Of a DNA stretch of 64,000 nucleotides, positions 61,593 through 64,000 are shown piece after piece (within the stretch, counting starts at the first letter, position 1; the number at the start of each line of letters is the position of its first letter). The notes under the pieces were generated by a model. That model saw only the letters and a program-made list of their open reading frames with translations, was not told where the DNA came from and did no database searches. The position numbers and the translations under genes are program-made. Source of the stretch: Limisphaerales bacterium (GTDB lineage: Bacteria > Verrucomicrobiota > Verrucomicrobiia > Limisphaerales > UBA11358); assembly GCA_003134375.1 (NCBI GenBank), contig PLAY01000065.1, positions 158 to 64,157 on the forward strand. The letters are read 5' to 3'.

Positions 61593-64000
61593 GTGAATTT
61601 TTTGAAATGGATTTTCGGGTCGAAGAATGATCGCGAAGTGAAAAAACTTTGGCCGCTCGTTCATCGCATCAACGAGGCCGAGGCCGGACTTCAAAAGCTT
61701 TCTGACGACGAGTTGCGCCAGAAAACCGCCGATTGGAAGGCGCGACTCTCGCAAATTCAGGACAAAACGGAGTTGGCCAAGGCGCTCAATGAGATCCTGC
61801 CCGAAGCGTTCGCTGTCGTCAAAAACGCCTGCCGCCGTCTCACCGAACGCAAGACGGAAATCATCGTGCGCGAGCATCCATTGCTCTGGGAGATGATTCC
61901 GTTCGATGTGCAGCTCATCGGCGGCTACGCCCTGCACAGCGGGCGCATCGCCGAAATGGCCACCGGCGAAGGCAAAACGCTCGTCGCCACCCTGCCCATT
62001 TATCTCAACGCGCTCACCGGGCGCGGCGTCCATCTCGTGACGGTCAACGATTACCTCGCCGCGCGCGACTCCGAGTGGATGGGTGCGATTTACAAATTTC
62101 TTGGCCTGACCGTCGGCTGCATTTTGCACGACCAGCCGCCACGCGTCCGTCGCGAGCAGTACAATTGTGACATCACCTACGGCACGAACGCCGAGTTCGG
62201 TTTTGATTATCTCCGCGACAACGGCATGGCGGCGCGCAAAGAAGAACAGGTCCAGCGCGGCCATTACTTCGCCATCGTGGACGAGGTGGACTCCATCCTG
62301 ATTGATGAAGCCCGCACACCGCTCATCATCAGCGGCCCGTCCGTTCATACTTACGACGAGCAATACGCCCAGTGGAAGCCGCTGGTCGAATCGCTCGTCC
62401 GGGCACAGGAACGTTTGTGCGCCCGGTTTTTGTCCGAAGCCGAGGCGCTGATTAAAAAGCTGAATCCGACCGATGGTTCAAACCCTCAAAATCCCGAAGC
62501 CCTCGAACATGAAATCGGTCTGCTCTTGTTCCGCGTCAAAACCGGCCAGCCCAAATCCGAAGGCCTGATGAAACTTCTGGAAGACCCGGAAAACCTCAAG
62601 TTGATGAACCGGGCCGAACTGGATTTGCACAAGGACCAAAAGAAAGTTGACCTGTACCGGGAGAAGGAGGAATTGCTTTTTGCCATTGATGAGAAAGGTT
62701 TCGAGGCTGATTTGACCGAAAAAGGCCGCAATTTTGTCAGCCCGAAAGACCCGGAGGCTTTTGTGCTGCCCGAACTCACAACGGCGCTGCATGAAATTGA
62801 CACCGGGCCGGAACCCGACGCGCGCAAGCGCATGGAAGCGAAGACGAAGGTCCAGCAGGATTTCGAGACCAAGGCGCAAAAGATTCACGCCATCTCGCAA
62901 TTGCTCAAGGCTTACAGCCTTTACCAGCTCGACGTGGAATATGTCATTCAGGAGAACAAGGTCATCATCGTTGACCAGCATACCGGCCGTCTCATGCCCG
63001 GTCGCCGCTGGAGCGACGGCTTGCACCAGGCCGTCGAAGCCAAGGAAGGCGTCGAGATCGAGCACGAAACGCAGACGCTCGCCACAATCACGATTCAAAA
63101 TTATTTCCGTCTCTACAAAAAGCTGGCCGGCATGACCGGCACGGCGGAAACGGAGGCGTCCGAATTTTTCGACATTTACAAACTCGGCGTTCTTGTCATC
63201 CCGACGAACGAACCCTGCATCCGCAAAGACGCCAACGATGCGGTCTATAAAACCAGGCGCGAAAAATTCAACACCGTCCTCAATGAGATCAAGCAGACCC
63301 ACGCCCAAGGCCGGCCCATCCTCGTCGGCACGGTTTCCGTTGAAGTCAGCGAGCAGCTTTCACGCATGCTCAAGCGCGAAGGCATCATTCATTCCGTTCT
63401 CAACGCGAAATATCACCAGCAGGAGGCCGAAATCATCACGCGCGCCGGCCAGCGTGGCGCGGTGACCATTGCCACCAACATGGCCGGTCGTGGCACGGAC
63501 ATCAAACTCGGCCCCGGCGTCGCCGAACTCGGCGGCCTGCACGTGCTGGCCACCGAACGCCACGAAGCGCGCCGCATTGACCGCCAGTTGCGCGGACGCT
63601 GCGCGCGCCAGGGCGACCCCGGTTCATCGCACTTTTTCATCTCGCTCGAAGACGATTTGATGCGGCTGTTCGGCTCCGATCGCATTGTAAAAATGATGGA
63701 GCGCATGGGCTTGGAAGAGGGCCAGGAATTGACCCACCCGTGGCTGAACCGTTCCATTCAGCAGGCGCAAAAGCGCGTCGAGCAGCACAATTTCCAAATC
63801 CGCAAACGTACGCTCGAATTCGACGACGTGATGAACAAACAGCGCGAGGTCATTTACGGCTTCCGCAACGAAATCATCCATGGTGAGGATGTGCGCGACC
63901 GGCTCATGGACATCATGGAGGAGGTCGTCGTGGACAAGGTCGCGCAATTCACGAACGCCGAATCCGAGTTCAGCGAATGGAAAACGCGGCCATTGGCCGA
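61593..64000 (+). CDS. secA: preprotein translocase ATPase SecA, partial (3' end beyond window)
   Basis: Not in the ORF track because there is no stop in the window. GTG 61593 gives [63 protein letters not shown] and [13 protein letters not shown] are all in frame. Confidence 0.95.
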   Translation, partial: MNFLKWIFGSKNDREVKKLWPLVHRINEAEAGLQKLSDDELRQKTADWKARLSQIQDKTELAKALNEILPEAFAVVKNACRRLTERKTEIIVREHPLLWEMIPFDVQLIGGYALHSGRIAEMATGEGKTLVATLPIYLNALTGRGVHLVTVNDYLAARDSEWMGAIYKFLGLTVGCILHDQPPRVRREQYNCDITYGTNAEFGFDYLRDNGMAARKEEQVQRGHYFAIVDEVDSILIDEARTPLIISGPSVHTYDEQYAQWKPLVESLVRAQERLCARFLSEAEALIKKLNPTDGSNPQNPEALEHEIGLLLFRVKTGQPKSEGLMKLLEDPENLKLMNRAELDLHKDQKKVDLYREKEELLFAIDEKGFEADLTEKGRNFVSPKDPEAFVLPELTTALHEIDTGPEPDARKRMEAKTKVQQDFETKAQKIHAISQLLKAYSLYQLDVEYVIQENKVIIVDQHTGRLMPGRRWSDGLHQAVEAKEGVEIEHETQTLATITIQNYFRLYKKLAGMTGTAETEASEFFDIYKLGVLVIPTNEPCIRKDANDAVYKTRREKFNTVLNEIKQTHAQGRPILVGTVSVEVSEQLSRMLKREGIIHSVLNAKYHQQEAEIITRAGQRGAVTIATNMAGRGTDIKLGPGVAELGGLHVLATERHEARRIDRQLRGRCARQGDPGSSHFFISLEDDLMRLFGSDRIVKMMERMGLEEGQELTHPWLNRSIQQAQKRVEQHNFQIRKRTLEFDDVMNKQREVIYGFRNEIIHGEDVRDRLMDIMEEVVVDKVAQFTNAESEFSEWKTRPLA

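Overview
This is a 64-kb chromosomal segment, moderately GC-rich by eye, made up mostly of housekeeping genes on both strands. These include hom, a ParE-type toxin-antitoxin (TA) pair, lysC, leuA, bioB, gcvP, gyrB-gyrA, pdxH, a DUF47/Pit phosphate pair, miaB, typA, manC, trpA, aroC, lpxI and the 5' part of secA. There is also a rich set of signalling proteins (FHA-REC-DUF4388, pseudo-REC-PAS-PP2C, a PAS-kinase/RR/hybrid-kinase operon) and envelope or secreted proteins. I support 53 protein-coding genes. I found no rRNA, tRNA, CRISPR array, transposase, integrase or phage genes. Gene content and the style of the repeats suggest a PVC-type (Verrucomicrobiota-like) Gram-negative bacterium, but that is unverified inference. 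The unusual content is not a classic gene island. (1) The window holds at least seven families of short palindromic or MITE-like repeats. Six copies from five of these families sit in frame inside conserved enzymes (hom, gcvP twice, miaB, an M14-like peptidase, a GT9 heptosyltransferase). This resembles the Rickettsia palindromic elements (RPE). Where boundaries are sharp the lengths are multiples of three, and the extra residues account for the excess length of GcvP and Hom. (2) A Leu-codon-rich mini-ORF with a terminator/antiterminator pair upstream of leuA looks like a leader-peptide attenuator. (3) At 40.8-44.2 kb there is a duplicated two-gene module of unknown function: an AT-rich gene for a secreted N/Y/S/G-rich protein plus a gene for a membrane-anchored Pro-rich HEAT-like protein. 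The secreted-protein genes have consensus-like promoters, and a trpA 3' remnant records the duplication. (4) There are several atypical signalling architectures and two gene remnants. All functional calls come from my reading of the translated ORFs and remembered family motifs. None has been checked by a database search.
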